Positions 19,332 to 32,343 of a stretch of DNA of 64,000 bases are shown here, one piece after another. Position numbers and translations under genes: made by a program. The first letter of the stretch is position 1. Every line of letters begins with the position of its first letter. This stretch comes from Octopus vulgaris. Its lineage: Eukaryota. The stretch spans positions 13,020,001-13,084,000 of the forward strand of contig OX597828.1 in NCBI GenBank assembly GCA_951406725.2. Direction: 5' to 3'. The notes beneath the pieces were generated by a model. That model was not told the origin of the DNA. It did no database searches and worked only from the letters and a program-made list of their open reading frames with translations.

Positions 19332-20820
19332 AATTATTGTATACAGTGCTCAGGTGCACCACAACTTGTCAAAAGTGCATATAAAGCGTATGCAGTAATG
19401 TACAAATGTCTGGAAAGTGAACAGTGTATGAGTCAGATACATGTATGGAGGGGAGAAAATCAGGTGTAATGTTGGTGAATCTCAGGAAGCATGGAAGTTT
19501 TGAAGGATGCAGTGCTCCGACAACTAACAACTGATGCCGGCAGTTTGTTCCATGCTTCAGCAACTCTTAGCGTGAAAAAATGTTTCCGAAAGTCACGGGA
19601 GCTGTGCTGTTTTCTGACTTTGTAAACATGTCCACAGGTGTTAGACAAGTGAAGTTTGGAAAGGTGCTAAGCGTTATTGTTTGTAAGATGGTTGATAATT
19701 TTATGGGTGTCTGCCAAGTCAGATGCCAGACGTCGGAGTTTCAATGTACCCATGCCCAGGGAAGTAAGGCGTTCAGAATATGACGAATATGACTTACCCC
19801 TTAGGCATGACATAATTTGCTTCACCACACGATTTCAACATAAAGAATCTTGCAAACTAGATTTTAAAATAAAAAAAGTTTTATAATTCAGTTTCATTGT
19901 ATAACAGTAATTATGGTAATATTGACAGTAGTAGAAGCACTAGCTTTTAAATTTGTTGGCCACACACTCCAAAGGTTGAATGTTATCACCAATGACCGAC
20001 TTTTCTGGAAACTGCCCGCCCCCACAGAGGACACGTGTACTGGAAGTCTCTAGAGATCGTTATTAAAACCTGCCAAGTCTAATTATTTTCTTGTGTTATT
20101 TAAGAAAAAAATTATTACAAAATATTTCTATATGTTTTTGCTCCTTGTTTCTCACAGTAGCTCTATAACAATTTGGGACACACAAACGCCACAAAAGTGT
20201 TATTTCAGACGAACTTCTGAGTCGATAGATCTGCTAAAAATAGCAGCCAAAACTGAGTTTCTAGACACATTTGGTCTGAAAAGTAATGTGGGGATCTTTT
20301 CGTTTGAACGGCAGGTTTTTCTAGCGGTGTCATATAAAATTGTCACCCAAAATTATGACCCTAGTATCGATCTATTGCATTTCAATCTGTTTTAGGGTTA
20401 GGGTTAAGGTTAGGGTTAGGGGTGAGGGAAGGGTATCTTTTGGATCTTTCCGGTTTGAACGGCAGTTTTTAAAAATAATTTCCACGTAACTAAACACTTT
20501 TAAACTTCGTATACTGGTAGAATGTGTTTATAAAACATCTTTTTCTCTTGGCTTTATTGAGAAAATTGTATAGTTTGTAAGATATTTGTTGTTTTTATTC
20601 CTCAATTTCTGCAATTTCAACCAATCAATAACGTCTATTGAGGTGAAAACATTCTGTGCCGTATGAATATGTCCCTCGTTTAAGAAACAGATTGGGTTTA
20701 TTTACATTTCTGAAGAAAAAGAGTAGGATCTTTTCGAAAGATCCTACTCTTTTACTTGTTTCAAAATTCAAAACTTAGCTCACGCGTGTCCGTGTGTATG
20801 TGTGCGCGCGTGTGTGTGCA

Positions 20821-20856
<36 letters not shown>

Positions 20857-21239
20857 CGCTCTGTTGTGTGAATGTACATTTAAGCACATATACACACTCG
20901 TATATGTACGGATGCATACACGCAGATATATGGGCATATACATGTACATATGTACACATATACCCCCACATCTCCCCCACAATCACACGACCGATTTCTT
21001 GTCCACCACGTGGTCGATTTCCTGTTCACCATGCGGTATTTCCCAACTAATTGCTGTCGCTGAAATACCAACATCAAACCGCTATACCGTTGTAACCTTT
21101 CTCAACCAATCGCAGGCTAACATCCAGTAGTAAACATTGACTCTCTTCAATCTAACTCTCATTCAGACCCCAATGGCCGGAGACTAGCCATGCTCTTGAA
21201 ACTCAGAGTACCAAGGGGTCTGAATCAAACTGCTTTGAT

Positions 21240-21274
21240 CTCTTTCTCTCTCTCTCTCGCTCTCTTTCTATAAA

Positions 21275-21362
<88 letters not shown>

Positions 21363-21572
21363 TTTGCTATAATGAATCCATAAACACATTTAAAACATCC
21401 AAGGGTATATTTCTTTCCCTCTGAAGATATTATACTCAGGTCATATAAATTTAATATTTACTGAGTATTACTTGAAACAGCTGTAAGGATGATGATTAAT
21501 TTGCTGTTAATAATAAACAATTATAACTTCTCAATCTCCATTGTCTTTTTCTTCTTTCATATTGTGTGTGTT

Positions 21573-21621
<49 letters not shown>
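21240..21621. repeat. Microsatellite cluster (TC)n/(TA)n; further (TA)n, (TG)n, (AAT)n and (CAT)n tracts occur throughout (e.g. 19258-19330, 21990-22060, 24960-25430, 41820-42095, 59790-59980)
   Basis: Directly visible simple repeats. Confidence 0.95.
21418..21488 (+). ncRNA. Hammerhead-like motif in a Penelope-like fragment (21359-21575)
   Basis: CCU-CUGAAGA...AUACUCAG/CUGAGUAU stem...GAA-ACAGCUGU-A^AGG; the stem II closing pairs are imperfect. Confidence 0.6.
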
Positions 21622-21626
<5 letters not shown>

Positions 21627-21725
21627 TAATCCAAACATGAAAACACAAAGAGAAAACACAACAACGCGAGGACGTGGAACAAATATAGTATTATTGGACG
21701 CTCAGGAAGGAAGGGAAGAAGGAGG

Positions 21726-21760
21726 GTTTTACGTTTCGAGCGGAGCTCTTCGTCAGAAAC
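21726..21760 (-). ncRNA. Minimal type I hammerhead ribozyme motif in a Penelope-like fragment (21622-21840)
   Basis: GUUU-CUGACGA-A-GAG cuccg CUC-GAA-ACGU-A^AAAC: core boxes, stem I (GUUU/AAAC), stem II, palindromic stem III. Confidence 0.75.
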
Positions 21761-21999
21761 ATAGGAAAAGGAAAGATCCAGAGAAGGGAAGACGGAGGAA
21801 AAAAATCGCCAACGGTACACACGCAGTCACATTTTGAATCTATATATATATAAAAGCTTATTGTACTTCGATACGAAAAATCCTCAACCTTCCACCTCAA
21901 TAAACCACTACTGTTCCTCAAAGTTGTGTTTTATATTTACTATGGATTGCTTGAAGCTAACTTTTTTCCTACTCCTTGATCCCTGGATCTTACACACGC

Positions 22000-22061
<62 letters not shown>

Positions 22062-23354
22062 CACAATGTGGTGCTCCAGCATGACCGTACGTAACCGCAT
22101 GAGGAATGTAATTTGTATTTCATGAAGAGTTTTTCGTCTTTGTCTTTGGAATTAATTAGACTCCGAAACAATTTGTAGAATGTATATTGGTTCTGTACCA
22201 ACTTGGATTATGAATTGAATTAGAGTTCGTCTACACTTGCAATTTTTTCCTTTCCTTATATTTCATTTACTGTTTTTGCAAATACTCAATATCTATTATA
22301 TAAAATCCGTTCTGTTTGTCTGTGTGTGTGTGTGTGTCTTCTAAGATCTCGGGCATCCTCCATCCGATTACGCTCAAAATTGATATGTAGATACCAACGG
22401 TATCAGGGCGTGTATGAGTCTTGAAAAAATTACAAAAACCGATTCCAGGTGAGAATGCGATCGATAAAGCCGTTTTTGTCCTGCTTTTCTTCCGTCAACC
22501 TATACATAACTGCACCTTCCATTTTTTTGCTGTTTTGTACTGCTTAAAGGCACGTTTCTTTCCTGCCAAGCTTACTGTTTAAACCATGTTTGTGTTCTCC
22601 CAGTCAACAGTCTTATCATTACTGGTACTTTAAACTCTTCGGTTGCATATTTGTGTGAATAAAATCGTTTTTCTTTGGAACAGAAAAAAAGTCTATCTAT
22701 CTTTATTTCTTCTTTTGCTGGTGTCTCAAATTTAGGTTAAATCAGTGTCTCTCAAAGGGGAGGCCTATGGGACGGTCGGACAAGTTGTTTTGAGAAAATT
22801 TGGTTTAAATGTTTGACAACTCAGCATCGTCCATTGGACGGGGGGGGGGGCGTTTTGCTCGTATATTTATATATATATATATGTATTCTTTACTTGGGCT
22901 GTACCGGCGGACTTGGATGTTTGATATCCCTTTGAAGGATTTCGGTCTTCACCTCTTTTATACACACACACACACACTTTTACTTGTTTCAGCCATGCGG
23001 TTACGGTCATGCTGGAGCACCACATTGTTGAGGATGCTTTAGTTCAGTAATATATATTTCTAAGGATTTTGGGGGTGTGTTTTTTTCTATTTCTTTTAGC
23101 TCTTTGTTCTTATTTTCTAAGCCTGTGAAAGGTAAGTAGGGAGTGCAATGCTGAATTTTGAACCCATACAAAATTTAGTTGTGCTAGTGCATCCCCTATC
23201 CCAGGCCCTTGATACATACATACATACATACATACATACATACATACATACATAAGTATGCGTGTGTGTTTCTCCCCACAACCACTTGGCAACCGATGTT
23301 TGTTTACGTTCCCATAACTTAGCGGTTTGGCAAAGAGACCCTATAAAATACGTA

Positions 23355-23824
23355 GAAAGACTTCCTCCATGCCGTTTTTCGCAAATTATTATTTTTTTTT
23401 ACCCCAAAACCTCCGGAAAATTGCCAAAAATCGGCATTTTGAAATTTCTTTCCCTCCTTTCCCCCTTCCTCCCACCAGTTTCTTCATTTTCCCCTTTTTC
23501 CGAAACCCTAAAACCCCAACCATAACCGTAACCCCAAAACCCTAATCCTAGCCCTAAAACCCTAACCCTAAGTAGAAACATTTTTGAAAATTTTTTTAGA
23601 AACATAATCTCCGTATTTTCCCGCATATTTTGAAAAAAATTCTGAAAAAAGCTAAAAATGAAGAAATTAGAGGGGAGGGGTAATTTCAAAATACCGATTT
23701 TTGCCAATTTTTTTGCAAGTTCGTATTCTCCGTAACTGAAAATGGGGGTCTTTGTAGAAAAAAAAAATGTTTTATGGGGTATTCTTTTTTTTTGGGGGGG
23801 GGGGGTACAAAAGGAAGTCTTGCC
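23355..23824. mobile_element. MITE with 9-bp TSD and degenerate telomeric repeats, inserted in a SINE A about 320 bp upstream of the MGST3 ATG
   Basis: TSD AAATACGTA at 23346-54 and 23825-33; termini AAGACTTCC / GGAAGTCTT; CCCTAA-like tract at ~23505-23571. Confidence 0.75.
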
Positions 23825-24140
23825 AAATACGTAACAGGCATTAGAAAAATAAATACTTGGTTCGATTCGTTCGATTAAAAGCTTTCAAGTTGGTACCCCA
23901 GCATGGCCGCAATACCAATAATTTAAACAACGTAAAAAATGAGAGAAATCTTTAAAACTCCCTTATCTAGATAAGCAGCAGTAGCAGCAGCAGCAGCAAA
24001 GCTTATTTGACTGATTCGTATTCGATGTCGAAGATTACAAGGGAGGTAACCGCCAACGTCCTCAACCACCGTCAGCTTCAAAAACTTAAAAGCAGAAATC
24101 AGTTAACGCTGCTCACTCATTAGAACCTGAACGTAGCAAA

Positions 24141-24272
24141 ATGTACATGCAAGTTCTCGAACTCCTTCCTCCGGCCTACGGTTATGTAGTGCTCGTTGCT
24201 GTTGCATCCATATTTCTTATACAATGGATGGGATATAAAGTAATGCAAGCACGCAAGAAGTACGACGTCAAG
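24141..24272 (+). CDS. MGST3: MGST3 coding exon 1
   Basis: gcaaaATG start; YGYV..ARKKYDVK; donor AAG|GTGAGA. Confidence 0.93.
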
Positions 24273-24957
24273 GTGAGATTTATACGATTTCTTTTTTCCA
24301 TGGGTGCACACATATATATATACTTGCGTTCGGGTGTACGAACGAGAGGACACTATTCCGGGTTTCTCACTTTTGTGTACACACACACACACACACAGAA
24401 GTGAGTGGACAAATGAAAGAAGGACACTCATCAAATTTATTAGGAGTTACGTGTGCGTGTTTGTATATATATATATATATATATTAGAAGGTTTTGACAT
24501 GATGTACAGGTATTTTATATTAGAAGAAATGAGGTACTCAGAAATTCGGATGGATGGTTTTATATTTACAGATATTTATTTGTATATGACATGTTTTTAT
24601 ACATCATATAACTTATATCATATATTAGCGCTTTCTCCCATTCTAGTGGGGTTTTCAAATCGAACTAAAAAAACTGAAAAAGTTTTGACCATTTTATAGT
24701 GTTATTGAGTGTGTGTGTATATATATATATACATATATATATGTGTGTGTGTGTATTGTATTCCGGGACGGTCATCTTTTTTTTTTCCAAATAAACACAC
24801 GCACTATATATTCTTTCTTCACTCGTTCATTTGTGTTCTTATTCTAACTCATGTCAATTGTCCGGAAATCTTTCGTCACACATCTGTGACCTCTTCAGCG
24901 ACACTTTCCGTCTTCGTGTGTGCTCTTGCTCTGATTGAGTGAGTGTGTGTACATGTA

Positions 24958-25009
<52 letters not shown>

Positions 25010-25374
25010 CATACATACATATTGTTTTCGGTTTTAGAGTCACAGGGCTTAACTACTTATATATGTGTGTGCATGCATATATGTGTGTGTGTGTATGTAT
25101 ATGTGTGTATATTTGTATGTATATATAAATATGTCAATAGGTATTATGTATGTGTTTGTGTATATATATATATATATATAGATAGATAGATAGATAGATA
25201 TATGCACAGTCATACAAATGTGTATACCATATTCATTCAATAGTGTAGCTATGAATGAGAAACATTTCTTAATCCTATATGTTCAGTATCTCTCTTTTGT
25301 TCCCTTCTTCCTCTCTTGTTTACATTTGATGCTTAAAGCTTTAGGACTAAATAATATATCTGTAATATATACAT

Positions 25375-25440
<66 letters not shown>

Positions 25441-28400
25441 GTGTGTATTCTTGTTTATTTTAACGAAGAATCGTTCTTTTATTTCGTTTGTTATTGATGT
25501 TTACCAATTCCAGTTCTGACCGAACAAAACCTTGACCCATTCCAGCTATAAACATACAATTTTTTTTTCTTTTAACGGGCATTTAGGATTTACTTTATAT
25601 GTTCTTAATTTCCTAATTTAAGACGATGGGGTGTGAGATGAAGGGAATTTGGTTACTGTTTCTAAGCGGGTCGAATAACCAAGTAGAGACCCACCCGTTT
25701 TCACTCAATTGTCATTGTTGCTTGGGTTGTCCTGGTGCTAGCAACTGACAGATCAGACTAATGATCAGTAGTGTCCCATTTTTTTTAGTCATCGTGTGTC
25801 TAGGAATGTCTTATCCAATATATACTTGATTTTTTAAAAAGATATTTGTGTAATTTCACGTTGATTTAGCAGCTATTTTAATCTTTTCGAGAGACCAGTT
25901 AGAGGTCTCGCAGTAGTAGTAGTAGTAGTAGTAGTAGTCGTTGTTCAGGTCGACCTATTTTAGGACTGAATTACCTAACGTGTCCTCCCACAAAAAATAA
26001 CAGCCAAATCTCCCTCGAAGCCCATCTTTAAAAAGAAGACGTAAAATTATAATCCTAGGTATCCCTACAAAGGCGCTAAAACCGATTGTGCTAAAGAAGG
26101 GAAGAGAGAGCCTCTACATGGTCGTTCGACTTGCTGGAAATAACACCCAAAATCCCAGAAAAAAGAAAAATATACGGTCATTGAATAAAATCTGGAGCAC
26201 CTTTCCTCGTAGATTTATTAGGACCAAAACAAAAGCTCACTAACAATAGCAATACATGCACATTTAGCCACGCTTACGCCACCTCCCAACTATTGTTCTG
26301 GAACAATAACTAACAAAAATTATTCTAATTACTTACTTGTAGATCAGTTCTGATTGAGTAGATCTATAAACGAATAGGTTGGAACTTTGACTATCTTGTC
26401 ATCTTTATTCAGGCGTAGTGTGTCTATATCTACATTATCTAATACATGCTCTTTTATGATTATTATTATTATTATTTGATGACCGTATGTGTTACAGTTG
26501 AGTGAAATTTAGCTGCTACATCTAATGTCTTTAGAGACCATATAGAGGCCACGTAGATTGTTCTATTTTACAAGCAGGTTTCTTTTACTAAGTATAAAAG
26601 TATCTATGTGATCTACATGCACTTAATAACTTGTGAAACCAACAACTTTTTTCAACACCTTTACCAGAAATTTTTCCCATGCACTATATTATGTATATTG
26701 TGTGTGTGTGTAGTGGAACGTTAAATGGTATTATACAGAAATTATTACATTAATATCTAGTAGAAAGATATCCTTGGGGGTAGATGAAAGACAGTTTCTC
26801 TGTTGAGGCCAGATTTTTCTTTCATCCCTCCGGGGTTCAAAGAATAGAGAATCACTTAAGTCCTGGGCTCAATGGTTGACTTACCCCTCCCCTCAAACTG
26901 CTAACCTTGTATCTAAATTAGAAGCAATAATTTATTACCTGATATTACATAGCATGGATCTTTTTTTCGGTTTGAACGGCAGTTTTTTAAAATAATTTCC
27001 ACGTAACTAAACACTTTTAAACTTCGTATACTGGTAGAATGTGTTTATAAAACATCTTTTTCTCTTGGCTCCATTGAGAAAATTCTATAGTTTGTAAGAT
27101 ATTTGTTGTTTTTTTCTTCAATTTCTGCAATTTCAACCAATCAATGACGTCTATTGAGATGAAAACATTCTGTACCGTATGAATATGTCCCTCGTTTAAG
27201 AAACAGATTAGGTTTATTTACATTTGTGAAGAATAAAAGATACCCTTCCACCCACCTCTAACCCTAACCCTAAAACAGATTGAAAGGCAATAGATCGATA
27301 CTAAGGTCATAATTATGGGTGACAATTTCATATGACACCATTAGAAAAAACTGCCGTTCAAACCGAAAAGATCCAATAATTCAACTCCTATGGTAGCAAG
27401 ATAGCAAAATTATTAGTAAGCAGGGGAAAATGCTTGGCAGCATTTCGTCTGTTTTTACTTCTGAGTTCAAATTCCACCTAATTCAGTTTTGCCTTTCATC
27501 GTTTTGGGAGTGAAAGAATAAATACCAGTTGAACATTGAAATCAATGTAATTGATTTACATCCTCCCCTAAAACTGCTGGCCTTGTGCCAAAATTTGAAA
27601 CCAATATATGAACGAAACTTGAGATCTTTGTAGGAGGGGATTAATCAATTACATCATCCTCAGTACTTAATTGGTACTTATTTTATTGACCCTAAGAGGA
27701 AGAAAGGCAAAGTCAACCTAGGTGACATTTGAACTCAGGACATATAGTACTGAGAGAAATGCTGGGCCTGAAATCTTCGTGGGTGGGTGGGGAGAGGCAC
27801 TAGTCAATTAAATTGACTAGGTTGGTTGAAAGGATGAAAGACAAACTCATCAGCATTTGAACAGTGAACATAAAGCACTGGAAGAGATACCTCTGCAGAT
27901 TTCATCCAACATGTACTCGTGTTTGTGGAGCACTCAGCCACTTTCATGTTAATTTCACGAGCAGGCTCTTCCAATGATTGGATCAACTGGAACACTTTGT
28001 TGTCATAATGGACACAGGACCAGGTTATTTCTAAGATAGGCACAAGGCCAGAAATTTGGATGATGGGAGTTAGTTGGTTACATCCACCCTAGTACATACA
28101 CTTTACTCTCTTTTACTTGTTTCAGTCATTTGACTGTGGCCATGCTGGAGCACTGCCTTTAATCGAGCAACTCGACACCGGGACTTATTCTCTTGTAAGC
28201 CCAGTACTATCGGTCTCTTTTGCCGAACCGCTAAGTAACGGGGACATAAACACACCAGCATCGGTTGTCAAGCAATGCTAGGGGGACAAACACAGGCACA
28301 CACACGCAAATATATATACATAAGCATATATACGACGGGCTTCTTTCAGTTTCCGTCTACCAAATCTACTCACAAGGCTTTGGTCGTCCTGGGGCTATAG

Positions 28401-31400
28401 CAGAAGACACTTGCCCAAGGTACCACGCAGTGGGACTGAACCTGGAACCATGTGGTTGGTAAGCAAACTACTTACTACACAGCCACTCCTGTGCCTATGA
28501 CTGGAACTTTATCATAATCATCATCATCATCATCATTGTTTAATGTCTGTTCTCCATGCTAGTGTGGGCTGGACAGTTTGACAGGAGCTGGCCAGACTCC
28601 AAATTGTCTGTTGTGGCATGGTTTCTACAGCTGGATGCCCTTCCTAATGCCAGCCATTTCACAGAGTGTGTTGCTTGCTTTCTACGTGCTGATGGCACGG
28701 GTGCATCTACACAGCACTGACACGAATGCATTTTATGTGGTACAGGTACCTGTATGGATGACAGCACTTTTAATTGGCTTCACGCATCTCAAGTACAGCA
28801 AAGTGCTGCAGCTGCTGGTCCTTTGTCATTTCCTCGAAAAGCAAAGATGACCTCATCAAGGATTGAACTCAGAATGTAAAGAACATTCTGATTTAGCCAA
28901 TTCACTACTGCCATCAATAATGCAATCTATTTTAGGGTTGGGGTGGGTTAGGATTAGGGGTGAGGGGGAAGGGTATCTTTTTTTTCTTCAGAAATGTAAA
29001 TAAACCCAATCTGTTTCTTAAATGAGGGACATATTCATACGGCACAGAATGTTTTCACCTCAATAGATGTCATTGATTGGTTGAAATTGCAGAAATTGAA
29101 GAAAAAAAACAACAAATATCTTACAAATTATAGAATTTTCTCAATAAAGCCAAGAGAAAAAGATGTTCTACCAGTATACGAAGTTTAAAAGTGTTTAGTT
29201 ACCTAGAAATTATTTTTAAAAACTGCCATTCAAACTGTAAAGATCCGAATTAGTTAGGCAACTTCACTTATATTTGTATTTGATTGTTCATGCAAAAATT
29301 TCATTCATGTTATTCACAAACCAAGGACGTATAGTGTTGAAATATTTATTTCTTTGTGTTGGGAATGAGGTCAGTGTTTGCATGTGTGGTGTTATGGGAG
29401 AATAAACCATTGCTGAGTGTTGAATTGTTCTCAGAGTATTTACTAGTATTCAAGTAGTGCAACATTGTTGGTTGGTTGGATGATTAAGAAGCTTGCTTCT
29501 CAATCTCAAGGCTTCAGGTTCAATACCAGTGTGTGGTTATCTTGGCTATGTGTCTCTTACCTAAGCTTTGGGTTGATCCAACCCTTGTGGCTGAAAGGAA
29601 ACTGTGTTGAAGCCTGCCAAATGGATTGTACCTGTAATTTAAAGGTCCAGCCTTGTCACATGTTATGCTAATTCTGTATGAGAATTCCATGAAGAATACA
29701 AGAATCTACAGAATGTTCATCCACTTACTTGTTAATTCAGTGAGCAGGTGGCTCAGTTGATCAAACAACTGAGCACTCGTTGTTGAAACCAACAGAATCC
29801 CATTGCTATTTATTACTGGCACTTCATCATCATCATCGTTTAACGTCCGCTTTCCATGCTAGCATGGGTTGGACGATTTTGACTGAAGGCTAGCAAACCA
29901 GATGGCTGCACCAGGCTCCAGTCTTGATCTGGCAGTGTTTCTACAGCTGGATGCCCTTCCTAATGCCAACCACTCCGAGAGTGTAGTGGGTGCTTTTTAC
30001 ATGCCACCTGCACGGGGGCCAGTCAGGTGGTACAGGCAATGACCTCACTCGAATCTTTTTACACATGCCACCAGCACAGGTGCCAGTGAAGCGACATTGG
30101 TAACAATCATGCTCGAATGGTGCCCTTTTACGTGCCACGGGTACAACTCCATCCCTACCTTCACTAAAACCACTTACTCCAGGATGTAGAGCAACACTTC
30201 GGTTCCACTTCAACAGGACTTAGATTTAGTCAGAGCAGTTTGATACCGGCGTAGTTAAAGGAAAGTACAGGCTGTATGCTTTAACTGGCAGTAGAAGGTG
30301 GGAATAAGCTCAAATCACATTTTGTAGAAATATTATCTAAAATAGATTAGTGCTCTAGCTAAGGAGATATTCTCACCTTGTTTGCTTAGCATCACTGTTT
30401 TCAGTGTTAAACTGGACATCTGATCTTTGCACTGATAAGATAGTTACATCTGGGACAACCTGAGGTTAACAACATTTGCTACACTGCTCATCACATACTG
30501 GATTATATAGTCTTGATTAATTAAAGTTATCATGTCTACAATATTATACTTGCGACATTGTATTTGTCCTATTGTGCAGATCAGATGTGTTATAGAAAAG
30601 CTGATTTCAGTATTGAAATTGGAAAACTTTGTGATGTGAACTGGGAGCAAAAATGCTATCATATATCATTATAAGGAACAGAGTGACCAAAACTTTAGTC
30701 GCACGAAACAATTAAGGACGACAACAAAAAGTGTGATGGTACCAATTTTAGCAGTGGTGCCTTTCTTGGCATCAGAAACACCCATGATGGTAATGTGGAA
30801 CAACAAATGAAACGGGATCGAGACTGTAGTGAAAGAGTCCTTAAGAATATTTGGTCCACTAGAGGTATAAAACCCTTATGTTGCAGGCTGATGTGGGGAT
30901 ATTCATGCCATGGCAAGGTGTGAAACTGTTATTATGAACACTGTATATTGCCAATACCATTGGATTAAGTATGTGGTCATTAGTTTTGCGGGCAGCTCAA
31001 CCAGTCTGTTGATTGAGACTTCTAAGTGTAATAGACCCCGTGTTAACTCAATATTTTGTCAAACTCTGTATGACACAACACTTATATTTAAGCTGTACTA
31101 TATTTAAACTATTGTAATAATAGAGCTAAGTTGTGTTTTTTTTTTTTATTTATATATGACTGAAATTTTCAAACTAGTTGTGGGATTAGCAGTGCTATTT
31201 CAGAACAGCGGCTATAGTATTTTCATAACAGGAAGAGAAAAATTAGCATCCCATTATGATCTATAATTGAATAAGCTTAATATTTCTGATGAATTTACCA
31301 ACTTTGGTTTGAGTACGTGATGTGTATGTGTGTGTATGTATGCAGTGCTTACCTAGCATACCCAGAATATACATGTCTGGTATCATGTCTTCTGGAAAGT

Positions 31401-32286
31401 AGCCAGTGGAACGATACTTCAGGATGTTCAAATGTGCTGTGATATTTCACTTATTTCAGGTAACACATCAGATTCTTCTCTAATGACCTCCCACGTGCTT
31501 GGAAAATTTGCAAAAAAAAATTTTTTTTTAACTCTTCATGCTTATAACACCAGCTTGTCTGACAATGCTCTCATCTCACTTCAACAATGGCTACTAATTT
31601 TTCTCCTGTAATTGTTTGTTGACATTGTTTGGAGTAAATATTATCCATAATCAGCTTTTCCCACAGCTTTGAATCCTAGTCACATTAGGAACAGGCTTTT
31701 AAAAAGAAATAAGTTCTCATGAGAGCCACATAATCTCAGTATGCAAGGGAAGAAATATATACTCAGAGCTTAACCCATCATGCAGAGCTTTCAGCAAATG
31801 GTGGTTCATGCTTGAACATTCCACTCCTTAATGTAAAGTTACCCCATATAAACTGCTCTGTCAAATTCTCAAAATGAATGTTCAGGAAATAGGCACCCCT
31901 CTCTTAATACTAAAGGGTATTTTGTTAAGGTCACAAAAGAACCAGATCTATAATCCACTCTCTACTTTAACCCTTTAACGTTTAAACAAGCCATATCTGG
32001 CACCTTACACCTACCCTACAATGTCATTCTGAAAATAAACCATCACATCTTTGAAATCTCAAAGCTTTGCGATAATACATGAATAATTCAAAACAATGTG
32101 AATAGATAACTATTAGATTAGATTAGATAGGTGTAGGAGTGGCTGTGTGGTAAGTAGCTTGCTTACCAACAACATGGTTCCGGGTTCAGTCCCACTGCAT
32201 GGCACCTTGGGCAAGTGTGTTCTACTATAGCCTCAGGCCGACCAAAGCCTTGTGAGTGGATTTGGAAGACAGAAACTGAAAGAAGC

Positions 32287-32343
<57 letters not shown>

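Noticed and set aside
20395-20430. Telomere or chromosome-fusion scar (TTAGGG)n
   Set aside because: Only a few units, always at the same position inside a MITE.
24273-24404. Extension of the MGST3 exon 1 ORF to 87 aa
   Set aside because: Homology stops at the strong AAG|GTGAGA donor; the extension is intronic and ends in a microsatellite.
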